Shown in pieces: positions 51,025 through 60,471 of a stretch of DNA of 64,000 bases. Position 1 is the first letter of the stretch. Each line of letters starts with the position of its first letter. The position numbers and the translations under genes are program-made. The notes below the pieces were generated by a model, which ran no database searches, was not told where the DNA came from, and was given only the letters and a program-made list of their open reading frames with translations. This stretch comes from Clostridia bacterium (lineage in GTDB: Bacteria; Bacillota; Clostridia; Oscillospirales; UBA644): positions 37,375-101,374 of the forward strand of contig JAGAPC010000017.1 of the NCBI GenBank assembly GCA_017623475.1, read 5' to 3'.

Positions 51025-51053
51025 TTGCTATTTTAGTGATTTTATTGTATAAT
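51025..51053 (+). promoter_or_regulatory. Sigma-A promoter of the pilus locus
   Basis: TTGCTA, 17 nt spacer, TATAAT. Confidence 0.5.
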
Positions 51054-51131
51054 GTAGTATCCTGGAATAGTTGTATCTAATATTAAATCATCACAAAATG
51101 TCTTATACATTTGTTTAGGAGATAAAAGACA

Positions 51132-51671
51132 GTGGCAAAACATTCAAAGAAAAAGGCTAACTTTTTTCAGACTGCCTTATTTAAGACAACTTTGAAAATC
51201 GTTATTATCGTGATTATAACCGCTTCTCTTCTTCTGAATCTGTTTACCTTTATCATGCCGGTAGTCAAGTACTATGGCACAAGTATGTCGCCCACATTGG
51301 AGGACGGACAGATTTTAATCGTCAGCAAAATGGCTGAGATAGAAAGCGGAGATATCATAGCGTTTTATTATAATAACAAGGTTTTGGTGCGACGTGTTGT
51401 GGCGACAGGTAACGAACAGATATCCATCGACATTTTCGGTGCTGTTTCCGTAAACGGCGAGGAACTGAATGAACCTTATATAGAAAGCAAAACCTTGGGA
51501 CAATGCAATCTCGATTTCCCCTACAATGTGCCGACAGGAGCCTTTTTTGTTCTCGGCGATAACAGGGATGCTGCAATGGATAGCCGATTAGAAGAAATCG
51601 GAGTTGTAACGGATGACAGACTGATCGGAAAGGTTGTTTTCTCGGTCAAACCTTTTGGGTCAATAAAGTAA
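51132..51671 (+). CDS. Signal peptidase I (S26) homolog, SipA-like pilus-associated
   Basis: GTG start after TAGGAGA, an N-terminal TM helix, box B GTSMSPT and box E GDNRDAAMDSR. Box D reads VRRVVA instead of the usual KR(I/V)(I/V)G. Confidence 0.8.
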   Translation: MAKHSKKKANFFQTALFKTTLKIVIIVIITASLLLNLFTFIMPVVKYYGTSMSPTLEDGQILIVSKMAEIESGDIIAFYYNNKVLVRRVVATGNEQISIDIFGAVSVNGEELNEPYIESKTLGQCNLDFPYNVPTGAFFVLGDNRDAAMDSRLEEIGVVTDDRLIGKVVFSVKPFGSIK

Positions 51672-51698
51672 TTTTCTTTTGCAAAGAGTGGAACGACA

Positions 51699-54600
51699 AT
51701 GAATGCTTTTGAAAATAGAAAACTGAATATAAAAAGCATTTTATTTGTTGCAACCACGGCGGTTCTTACTGCCGCGGTTTGCGTTTTGTTGTTCTGCCTT
51801 AATATCACTCCTGCCGTGGCGCTGGAGCAGGAAATTCGTTGCGGTATCGAGGAACATACACACACGGATAATTGCTATAACGGTGATTTTCTCGTTTGCG
51901 AAAAACCCGCACATACCCACGACGGGAACTGCTACATTGTTCTACTGAAAGACAACAATATAAACGGCATTTTAACGTTGCTTGGTAACAGTGAAACCCG
52001 TTCTCTTGAATATGTTATAACCGATACAATGTCATCGGCATTGACTTTTAATTCAAATATAAATAGTGCCGAGTCATCCGGCGGTGTTAGCACAATGGCT
52101 TTGAATCAGGATACAGTCGCAGAGCTTAACAATACCATCTCGGATGAAGAGGAATTGCCCGATATCGTACTAAATGAAAACATTAATAATGTTCAAACTC
52201 TTGCTGTAGAGGATGAAGAACAACAGCAACAGCAGCCGTCAAGTAATGTATCCACATTAAATATTGAGGAGGAAGCTGACACTTCAAATTACACAGCAAA
52301 CTTTTACATTTATTTAGATGGAGAATGGACGTGCATTGGCTCACTTCCATTCACATCAGCAAGAAACGGTAGCCGTTATAACGGCACAATCGCAACATCG
52401 GATATTCTGGATCTTGTCAACAACAAATTGGGTACTGAATATGCTTACAATTCTTTTGATATTGCAGTATCTACATCGCAGAACAGCGGCTATTCTAAAA
52501 GCAATATCGGAATGGCTTCGGTAACGACAACGATTGCTTACAGACAGTCAAGCACGAATATACGATATGCACGACACATTCGACTAATACCGGAAGGCGG
52601 TTCTGCAAGCAGTACAGCCTTTGCCTTCTATACGGTTAAATATGTCTATCCTGACGGGAATACAGTAACTACATACGTGCGTTCGGGAACGACGGTAACC
52701 CTACCTACAGGAAACTACGAGTGGTCAGACGGTGATAATACCTATTCTGCTGATGAAGCGGTCACCATAACCGGAACCACAACGTTTGAAGCAACAATGC
52801 TTGGTCCTCCCACCTATATTAATATCAATTACGACGTTAATTTCCCGACTGTTAGCGGTGTTACTGTGACTACGGCTCCTACCATTGCCGGACACGCTAC
52901 AACAACACTCAAGGATGAATATACTGAAAATTCCGTTGCAACTGTTCGCAATGTTTCTATGCAATCTGTTCAAGGAACTGTGAATAACAACAGCACGGGA
53001 CTAACCCGTGTGATACAGTTCAAGGGTTGGAGGGTTGGCAATACCGATGTTATTCTTCAGCCAAACACCAAACTTATATGGGAAGAGCTGCTTCAGTATT
53101 CGAATAATACGACCAGTTTAAAACTAACTGCCGTGTGGGATTACAGTCCTCTGCAAACAGCAACCTTCTTTATTCGTTTTGACTCGGTTGCTGTAGATAC
53201 CGACGGAAATATCACCGGACAGGATTCCAATAAATACACGAAACAAATTTTTGCGGCTTATGTCGGTGGAGTTGATACATCCCTTAGCACGTCTCAGCTT
53301 CAAACAAAATACGGAATTGCAGATACAACGTCAGACAATTCTTACGGAGCCGACCAAGAAATTCGTGCTCTTTACGGTGAAAGAACAGACGGTGCGTGGC
53401 TAAGTGCCTTCCCGACAGACGAATTTGTTTTTGAGGAATTGGTAGAATATGCTCAAACGGGGTATCTTTCGGTAGATGGTATAGCCGTAAAAGCAGAAGA
53501 TCGGAACAGTAAGGAATATGCTATACGTTGGTATGTGTTTAAAAGCCAGGACGATGCGTGGCATATCGACGGAAAATTGGTTAAAAAGGTTGGACTTATC
53601 CACGTCTATAAGACGTTTGCAGGTAATCAGGAACTGATAGCCGAAGCAAAGACTGACTTTTACATTGATGCAACCGATGTTTCTACTGGCGTAAACACGG
53701 TTTTGAATTTGGATAATTATACTTCCTATGATTCAGCAACCGATACGTATATGTGGGAAATCACTGATGTTGATTACGGAGAGTATTGGGAAATAACGGA
53801 GCATCCCCACCAATTTAATGATGGTTCTGTCGACTTTAGCATATATTCCGAGTACACGGTTATGGATGCTCACGGTGACCAATCCATTACCGGCACAGGA
53901 ACATCTCTTACGGTTAGCGGTATGACCTATGCGCTTGATGAGGGCAGTGATGAAGTTCTGCGAGCTGAATTTACAAACATATATAACCGTAGCGATTCGA
54001 TCATCATTAAAAAGCAGGATAGCTTAACCGGTGTTTCAATCGGTGGTGCTGTATTCCAGTTATCACAAAATGGACAGGCTCTTAAATTTACATACAATGC
54101 CGAAACTGACCGTTATCAATACGATCCTGAAAACGGAACTGTGGTGAATCTCGAGGGTAATGCGAACGGTTATTACGAAATCTGTATTGATAATTTCAGT
54201 TATGACCTTGGCCCGATTACCATCAAGGAAAAAACTGCGCCAACAGGATACACACCGATCGGAAACATCGAAATTGGTTATACTGACGATGGCAAAACGG
54301 TCGGCATACTCAGCGGTAATAGCGAACTGATAAAATACATGAGTGGTGTTTTGATTGTTGGAAACAGCACGGATTCATCCTCAGTTACAGTAAAAAAAAG
54401 AATGGGAGTGCGACGAATCCGAGTGGCAGGATGTTACTGTTCAGCTTTTAGCAAATGGTAAGCTTGTTACTACCGTTATTGCAGGTGTCCAGCCGCAGGT
54501 GGTTTTGAATGCCGACAATAATTGGCAGTATTCATGGGATAACCTTCCTGTGTATGTCAACGGTGTAAAGATTGATTGGTCTGTTAAAGAAACAATGATT

Positions 54601-55188
54601 GGCCCAGAGGCTGCCAAGGCAGACGGCTCGTTTATCAACTGGCTGGTATCCTATGAATTGCCAATGATATCAACTGATGTCGATGGCAATGAAAACACCT
54701 TGCTTACCATTATCAATACAACCAAACGTGTCATGCTTCGTCTGACAAAAACCGACCTTGGCAAAACAACGCAGCTTTCGGGCGCAACCTTTATTCTCGA
54801 AGCGGTAGATGCCGACGGAAAAGTACTGACGAGTGAAGTTTCCAAAACAGCCACAACCGGTGCGGCAGGTACATTAGTGTTTGATAACTTAAAGTGCGGT
54901 GTGAGGTATCGTTTGACTGAAACTGAGGCCCCAAGCGGTTATCTAAAAACGAATGAATATATTTATTTCGTTATTAACGAAGACGGTACTGTTTCGGTGG
55001 AAGAAAGTTTTTATGCCGAAGCCGGTTCTACAGCCTACAACCTTATCGTTCGTAACGGTATGGTGGTTGACCTTCCTGAATCGGGAAGTAACGGAACAAG
55101 TATGTTTTATGCACTTGGCTTGTTGCTTATGGCAATAACCGCGAGCATTTACATAAGATATCTCCGTAAAAGGAGGTGTCACGATTAA
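51699..55188 (+). pseudogene. Large pilus tip adhesin-like surface protein (SpaA/Cna-B-type domains, LPESG sorting signal) split by a 1-nt frameshift in an A8 run
   Basis: ORFs 51699-54461 and 54499-55188 are linked through A8 at 54392-54399. The downstream frame is open from 54394 and reads VKKEWECDESEWQDVTVQLLANGK.., a Cna-B-like repeat. The C-terminus has LPESGSNG, a TM helix and RKRR. Confidence 0.8.
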
Positions 55189-55237
55189 TATGCTTTCAAT
55201 AAATTCAAAAAATAATTTAAGAAAAGGAGTTAAAACA

Positions 55238-56950
55238 ATGAAAGCAATCAAAAAGTCCCTCGCGATCCTCGTATGCCTTTGCCTGGTGTTTAGTTGCATG
55301 GCCATGACGGTTTTCGCAACTGAAGCTACAGGCAGCATCACCATCCAAAACCCCGGCAACTCTGCAGCAACTGTTGCAGGCAAAACATTTAATGTCTACA
55401 AGATTTTCAATGCAATTACCAACGGTAACAACACCTCATACAGTTGGCATACACACGAAAACGACGAGATTCCGTTCTACGATTTCTTCTATGGAGAATG
55501 GACAAATAGCAAAAACCAAACCGTTACCGGTGTTTTAGGAAAGCAAGAAAACGGCAATGTTCAGGGCGCAGTTGAGTATGTAGCAAAAATTACTGACAGT
55601 TTATCGCTTTCTCAGTTTGCAGAAGATCTGCATAAGTATATCATTGACACCGGCATTGAAACCGAGATTCCCTCTGTTGAAGCAGGAGACACCGCTACCT
55701 CTGTGAATATTCCCAACCTGAGCTACGGTTATTATCTGGTATATGATGCTACAACGCTTGAAGGCGGCTCTGTTCGTTCGGCTGTTATGCTCTCAACCGT
55801 TAATAAGGATGCGGTTATTACCCTGAAAGCAAACCGCCCCCAGATTGAAAAGCAGGTTTTAGAAAACGACGGAGAAACTTGGGGCAAGGCGACATCGGTT
55901 GCTATCGGTGATGAGGTTGAATTTAAGATTACCACCCTCGTTCCTTCCCACACAATGTATACGGAATATTCATACTACATTGAAGATGTTCTCCCCGAAG
56001 GCTTGGAGCTGAAAGACGGTTCTATTAAGGTTTTCAAAAATGATGTTGAAGTAGATAACACCGATAACGCCTATTACACCCTTAGCGACGCAGGTGAAGG
56101 TCTTGAGGGACCCTATGATTTCAAAGTAGATTTCACAGGCCCTATCAGTGATAAAAATAAATTTGAGGTAAACGATGTTATTACCATTGAATACACTGCC
56201 ATTGTGGATGAAGATATCGCTCCTCACGTTGCCAACAAGAACGAAGCTACGCTTTTTTACCACAATGACCCCACTGCCGCAACTCCCACCTTTGGTAGCA
56301 GCTCAGCTACAGCAAACGTATATACTTATATGTTCGTTATGACTAAGTTCTCTGAGGATGCTAACGGCAACTTCTCTAATCACACCCGTCTTGCAGGCGC
56401 AAAGTTTAAATTCTATGAAAAAGGCTCCAGCGAACCTATTAAGTTTATTCTTAAAAATGTTGACGGTATTGACCGCTATTTTGTAGCACCGGCTGATACT
56501 ACCGAAACAATATATACTGAGATTGAAGTAATCAGCAGCGGACTTCCCGAAGGAGATATTGAAAACTCTACATATCTTGGCGGAAATATGGGTGATATTA
56601 CTCTGTTCGGTCTTGCCGAGGGCGAATATGAAATAGAGGAAACAGCAGCTCCCGATGGCTATGTTCTTCCTGAAAACCGTTTTTCAATTAAAATTGAAGA
56701 CGTTGTTGATGACTACGGCAACATTTCAACCCTGACCGTTACAGGTGACCATACCGGAAACGGTTCTTTGGGTAATGCGGGCGGTAACTACCGTAATTTG
56801 CTTACCTGGGTTGATATTGCTAACAAACCCGGTGCAGCACTTCCCGAAACCGGTGGTATCGGTACCACAATCTTCACCGTTTTAGGTATCGTACTTATGG
56901 CAGGTGCAGCAGCTTTTTTTACTTCAAGAAAAAGAAGTAGTGTGGCATAA
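55238..56950 (+). CDS. Major (backbone) pilin, LPETG-anchored
   Basis: Signal peptide MKAIKKSLAILVCLCLVFSCMAMTVFA, E-box-like YEIEETAAPDGY, and a C-terminal LPETGG, TM helix and RKR. RBS AAGGAG. Confidence 0.8.
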   Translation: MKAIKKSLAILVCLCLVFSCMAMTVFATEATGSITIQNPGNSAATVAGKTFNVYKIFNAITNGNNTSYSWHTHENDEIPFYDFFYGEWTNSKNQTVTGVLGKQENGNVQGAVEYVAKITDSLSLSQFAEDLHKYIIDTGIETEIPSVEAGDTATSVNIPNLSYGYYLVYDATTLEGGSVRSAVMLSTVNKDAVITLKANRPQIEKQVLENDGETWGKATSVAIGDEVEFKITTLVPSHTMYTEYSYYIEDVLPEGLELKDGSIKVFKNDVEVDNTDNAYYTLSDAGEGLEGPYDFKVDFTGPISDKNKFEVNDVITIEYTAIVDEDIAPHVANKNEATLFYHNDPTAATPTFGSSSATANVYTYMFVMTKFSEDANGNFSNHTRLAGAKFKFYEKGSSEPIKFILKNVDGIDRYFVAPADTTETIYTEIEVISSGLPEGDIENSTYLGGNMGDITLFGLAEGEYEIEETAAPDGYVLPENRFSIKIEDVVDDYGNISTLTVTGDHTGNGSLGNAGGNYRNLLTWVDIANKPGAALPETGGIGTTIFTVLGIVLMAGAAAFFTSRKRSSVA

Positions 56951-57051
56951 AAGAAATATTCGTTTTTGACGGAGCGACTCTTTTAGCCACCCCGCAAAGC
57001 TATTTCTTTTTCTAAACTCAAAGGATATTTTATGAAAGGAGGGAAAGACCA

Positions 57052-57912
57052 ATGAAAAAACATTTACCAACGATCATTGTGGGGATTATATTTCTCTGCG
57101 GTCTTTCCCTCTTTTTGTATCCTACTGTTAGTAATCTGTACAATCAGCATCTGAACAACAAGCTGATTGGCGATTATAATGAAGCGTTTGAAAATACAAC
57201 ACCTGAAGAATTTAATCAAGCTATGAAGGATGCGGTTGATTTTAATGAAAACCGTGCAAATCCCGAAAAACTGAAAGAGCTTGGTTTAACCTATGAAGAA
57301 GTACTTAATGTTGCGGATAACGGTGTGATGGGATATATTGAAATTCCTAAGATCAGCGTATCACTCATCATTTATCACACAATAGATGAGGATGTGTTGC
57401 AGAAAGGTATTGGTCATGTTCCGGAGTCCCATCTGCCCGTAGGCGGCAAAAGCACGCACAGCGTTCTTGCCGGGCATACCGGACTTCCATCTGCAAAATT
57501 ACTTACAAATATCGATCATCTAAAAGTTGGGGATCGATTCTATCTTCATGTGTTAAACGAGGTTCTGGAATACCAAATTGATGATGTATCTGTCGTAGAG
57601 CCGGATGAAGTATCAAGGCTCAATGTAATCAGCGGGAAAGACTGTGTTACTTTAGTCACCTGCACACCCTACGGTGTTAACTCTCACCGCCTTTTAGTGC
57701 GGGGTGTTCGCGTAGATGGTTCCGATCTGTCTGCTAATAAAGACGGCGTTACTAACGAACTTTTGAATATAGATATGAAATACCTGCTAACCTTTTCTTT
57801 GATTGGGCTCTGCATTATCTTTATAGCGGTAGTGAAATTGCGTTCCATTTATAAAAAGAGAAAGGCACAGAGCAATGAAGGCGGCGAAAACAAGAATGAA
57901 AAAGACAGTTAA
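57052..57912 (+). CDS. Class C (pilin-polymerising) sortase
   Basis: N- and C-terminal TM helices, HTG His motif (LAGHTGL), TLVTCTPYGVNSHRLLVRG with the catalytic Cys/Arg. Confidence 0.85.
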   Translation: MKKHLPTIIVGIIFLCGLSLFLYPTVSNLYNQHLNNKLIGDYNEAFENTTPEEFNQAMKDAVDFNENRANPEKLKELGLTYEEVLNVADNGVMGYIEIPKISVSLIIYHTIDEDVLQKGIGHVPESHLPVGGKSTHSVLAGHTGLPSAKLLTNIDHLKVGDRFYLHVLNEVLEYQIDDVSVVEPDEVSRLNVISGKDCVTLVTCTPYGVNSHRLLVRGVRVDGSDLSANKDGVTNELLNIDMKYLLTFSLIGLCIIFIAVVKLRSIYKKRKAQSNEGGENKNEKDS

Positions 57913-58783
57913 AACAATCTGTGTGCTACTGCTTAGTATGTTGTTTATTGTCGGGGCAGTTATACCCTGTTATGCGGCAACTGAAAGCGGAAAGATCTCC
58001 GTATTGTTGGAAGATAAAGATAATAATATAATTGATGGAGTGAATGTACATATTTGCAAAATTGCAGATATGAATAACACAGGATATTACCCGTCTAAAA
58101 GCTTTGAAAATTCCGGTATATCTATTTCGGGAATTATTAACGCTCCTACTGAGCCTACAGCAAAGGATATTACAGACTACATCAGAGATAACAATATAGA
58201 ATCTGCATCTGCTATAACAGAAAACGGTAAGGTGTCCTTTTCTGATTTGGGCTTAGGAATATGGCTGGTGTTCTGTGAGGAAGATGGCAAATACACATTT
58301 AATCCTTATTTTGTTTTCTTACCGTATGAATCTGAGGGCAAACTGTATTACGAAATCACATCCTCTCCCAAGGCAGAGGACAGTAAACCCAATCTAATCA
58401 ATGTATATGTTATAAAAAAATGGGACGATAAAAACAATGCCGCAAAGAAAAGGCCTGAATCGGTAACGGTAGAACTTCTTGACGGAGAGAAGGTTATTTC
58501 CTCTGCGGTCTTAAATGAACAAAACGGATGGGCTCATACTTTTACCGATGTTTCGAAAGACGGTGATTATTCCGTCAAAGAAAAGAAAGTTGAAAATTAT
58601 ACTGCCCAATATAACGGCGATATATCCAACGGTTTTATCGTTACCAATTCCTATAATGGAGAAAAACTGCCTCAAACCGGACAGCTCTGGTGGCCGATCG
58701 TGATTATTTCCGTTGCCGGTATTGCCTTTGTTCTGCTCGGAATTATGGAACTGGGAGCAAGAAAAAATGGAAAGAAGAAATAA
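57875..58783 (+). CDS. Minor/basal pilin with a Cna-B-type domain, LPQTG-anchored
   Basis: Signal peptide (alternative start ATG 57896), VIKKWDDKNNAAKKRPESVTVELLDGEKV Cna-B signature, and a C-terminal LPQTGQ, TM helix and RKNGKKK. Confidence 0.8.
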   Translation: MKAAKTRMKKTVKTICVLLLSMLFIVGAVIPCYAATESGKISVLLEDKDNNIIDGVNVHICKIADMNNTGYYPSKSFENSGISISGIINAPTEPTAKDITDYIRDNNIESASAITENGKVSFSDLGLGIWLVFCEEDGKYTFNPYFVFLPYESEGKLYYEITSSPKAEDSKPNLINVYVIKKWDDKNNAAKKRPESVTVELLDGEKVISSAVLNEQNGWAHTFTDVSKDGDYSVKEKKVENYTAQYNGDISNGFIVTNSYNGEKLPQTGQLWWPIVIISVAGIAFVLLGIMELGARKNGKKK

Positions 58784-59345
58784 GCGAGGACGAATGTTTC
58801 TCATAATTGGATTGCTCCTTATCTTCGTTGCCGGTGGTTGGTATGTTTATAACATTGTAGAAGATAATAATGCGGGCAAAAGCGCAACCGATTTGCTCGA
58901 GAAAATTGAGAAGCAGCAAACGGAACAAGACAATGACGAGGAATCTCCGGTTATCATTGTTGAGGGGGATGCTTTCTGCGGGAGGCTCGCTATAGAAAAA
59001 CTTGATATTGAACTTCCGGTTTATGATGAGTGGAATTATACAAGACTCAAAACTGCGCCGTGCCGTTACACAGGCAGTATTGATACAAATAATATCATTA
59101 TCGCAGCACACAATTATAAAAGTCATTTCGGTAACCTAAAGCAACTGCAAATTGGTGACGAAATTTCATTCGTAGATGCATATGGTACACAGCATCGTTA
59201 TTCTGTTAAAGAAATCACGACTTTAGATGGAACTGCCGTTACGGATATGAAGTCAGGTGAATGGGATTTTACGCTGTTTACCTGTACCAAAGGCGGCGAA
59301 CAACGAGTAACAGTGCGTTGCAACCGTATTATTAATAATAAATAA
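58767..59345 (+). CDS. Second sortase (small, housekeeping-like; class not assigned)
   Basis: N-terminal TM helix, IIAAHNY His motif, FTLFTCT catalytic Cys, RVTVRC Arg. Confidence 0.75.
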   Translation: MERRNKRGRMFLIIGLLLIFVAGGWYVYNIVEDNNAGKSATDLLEKIEKQQTEQDNDEESPVIIVEGDAFCGRLAIEKLDIELPVYDEWNYTRLKTAPCRYTGSIDTNNIIIAAHNYKSHFGNLKQLQIGDEISFVDAYGTQHRYSVKEITTLDGTAVTDMKSGEWDFTLFTCTKGGEQRVTVRCNRIINNK

Positions 59346-59439
59346 TTATTTGACAAAGAGCCTTGCTATATGCAAGGTTTTTTGTTTTTTCGCTGGACTT
59401 GTGAAAAGTATTGTGATATGTATTTGTGTTGCAACGCAC

Positions 59440-59856
59440 ATGACAACACTTGAAGATTTATACTACGGCAACATCAGTCCGCACGAAAGGTATATCAAGC
59501 GTGGTACAAGGGTGGACAAACTCGTAAAATTAATATGCAAAAACGAGGAAGAACTCAATGCCGGTCTTACGGAAAAGCAAAAGGAAGAAACCAAGCCAAC
59601 GCAAACCACAATGAAGGCTAACGATCTGACTACACGTTTCCCTGAAATCCTCGAAAAGAAAGGGCTGCGCCGTATGCGATTTCACGATCTTCGCCACTCC
59701 TGCGCCTCGGTGCTTCTCGCACAAGGCGTGCCTATGAAACAGATTCAGGAATGGCTCGGACATAGTGATATGAGCACCACGGCGAATATCTACAGCCACC
59801 TCGATGCCGTCACCAAAGCAGACACCGGCGCCGCAATGAGTAAAGCGCTGGGGTGA
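59440..59856 (+). pseudogene. Chimeric remnant: N-terminal fragment of a small conjugative-element-type protein fused to the C-terminal ~80 aa of a tyrosine recombinase
   Basis: MTTLEDLYYGNISPHERYIK... then ...RFHDLRHSCASVLLAQGVPMKQIQEWLGHSDMSTTANIYSHLD (HxxR and the catalytic Tyr region). The whole N-terminal and core-binding part of an integrase is absent. Confidence 0.7.
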
Positions 59857-59868
59857 GAGTATAAGTAA

Positions 59869-59894
59869 AGGGCTGACCGTGCGGTCAGCCCTTG
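59869..59894. terminator. Bidirectional terminator hairpin
   Basis: AAGGGCTGACCG-TG-CGGTCAGCCCTT between convergent ORFs. Confidence 0.7.
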
Positions 59895-59898
59895 ATAT

Positions 59899-60387
59899 CT
59901 ATAATAAAAAAGCAATAACACAAGCAACAACAACGAAAAATGACGCTACAATAGTGAAACATCCGGTGGGAGTTTTTGGTGGGGTGGTGTAAGTATAATT
60001 TGGTTGCTGATGCTGTTTTTGTTGTGAGTTTGAAGCAGGACGAGGTTGAGTTGTTTGCTTCCTCAACATGGCGATGGGGTCTGTTTGATTTAATATTCTT
60101 GTCCTAAAAGAACGAACAAAGTCAATGTCTTCCTGAGAACAGATATCAACCATCATTGAATTACGAGAATGCGCCAGTTCATTCCGCACATTTCTTGCTG
60201 ATTTTAAATGATTATAATCAGATGTCCAGCCTGAAACTTTAAATGTTCCTTGATATGCTTTTCTGTCCATATCTTCAAGATACAAGGTGACACCAAGCTT
60301 CTTATCAATAGATTCGCCGTAGATATCTCTACACAAATTGTCAAGTGCTTTGAACTCATCAAAAAACTCATAATTCAAATAGCCCAT
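59899..60387 (-). CDS. Hypothetical protein with a Q/P/T-rich linker and a C-terminal TM anchor
   Basis: 162 aa ORF, AT-rich codon usage like the rest of the island. C-terminal CFTIVASFFVVVACVIAFLL. Contains the string RNELAH. Confidence 0.6.
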   Translation of the reverse strand: MGYLNYEFFDEFKALDNLCRDIYGESIDKKLGVTLYLEDMDRKAYQGTFKVSGWTSDYNHLKSARNVRNELAHSRNSMMVDICSQEDIDFVRSFRTRILNQTDPIAMLRKQTTQPRPASNSQQKQHQQPNYTYTTPPKTPTGCFTIVASFFVVVACVIAFLL

Positions 60388-60471
60388 AAGTGTCTCCTTT
60401 CGTAATTATAAAAGTAAAAGCCGCAAAGCATCATTACTTTGCGGCTTTTCGTGTGCGGTGAAAACCGCATT

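Noticed and set aside
56950-57051. Attenuator or terminator between the major pilin gene and the class C sortase (AAAGAAATA ... TATTTCTTT).
   Set aside because: The 9 bp arms are AT-only and separated by about 42 nt with no convincing inner stem or U-run. This is insufficient to call.
59350-59439. The upstream part of ORF 59350-59856 (MTKSLAICKVFCFFAGLVKSIVICICVATH) as a genuine N-terminal TM segment.
   Set aside because: It starts with a non-ATG codon directly after the sortase stop and has no RBS. The MTTLEDLYYG start at 59440 matches the N-terminus of the small element-associated protein family, so the extension is probably an ORF-calling artefact.
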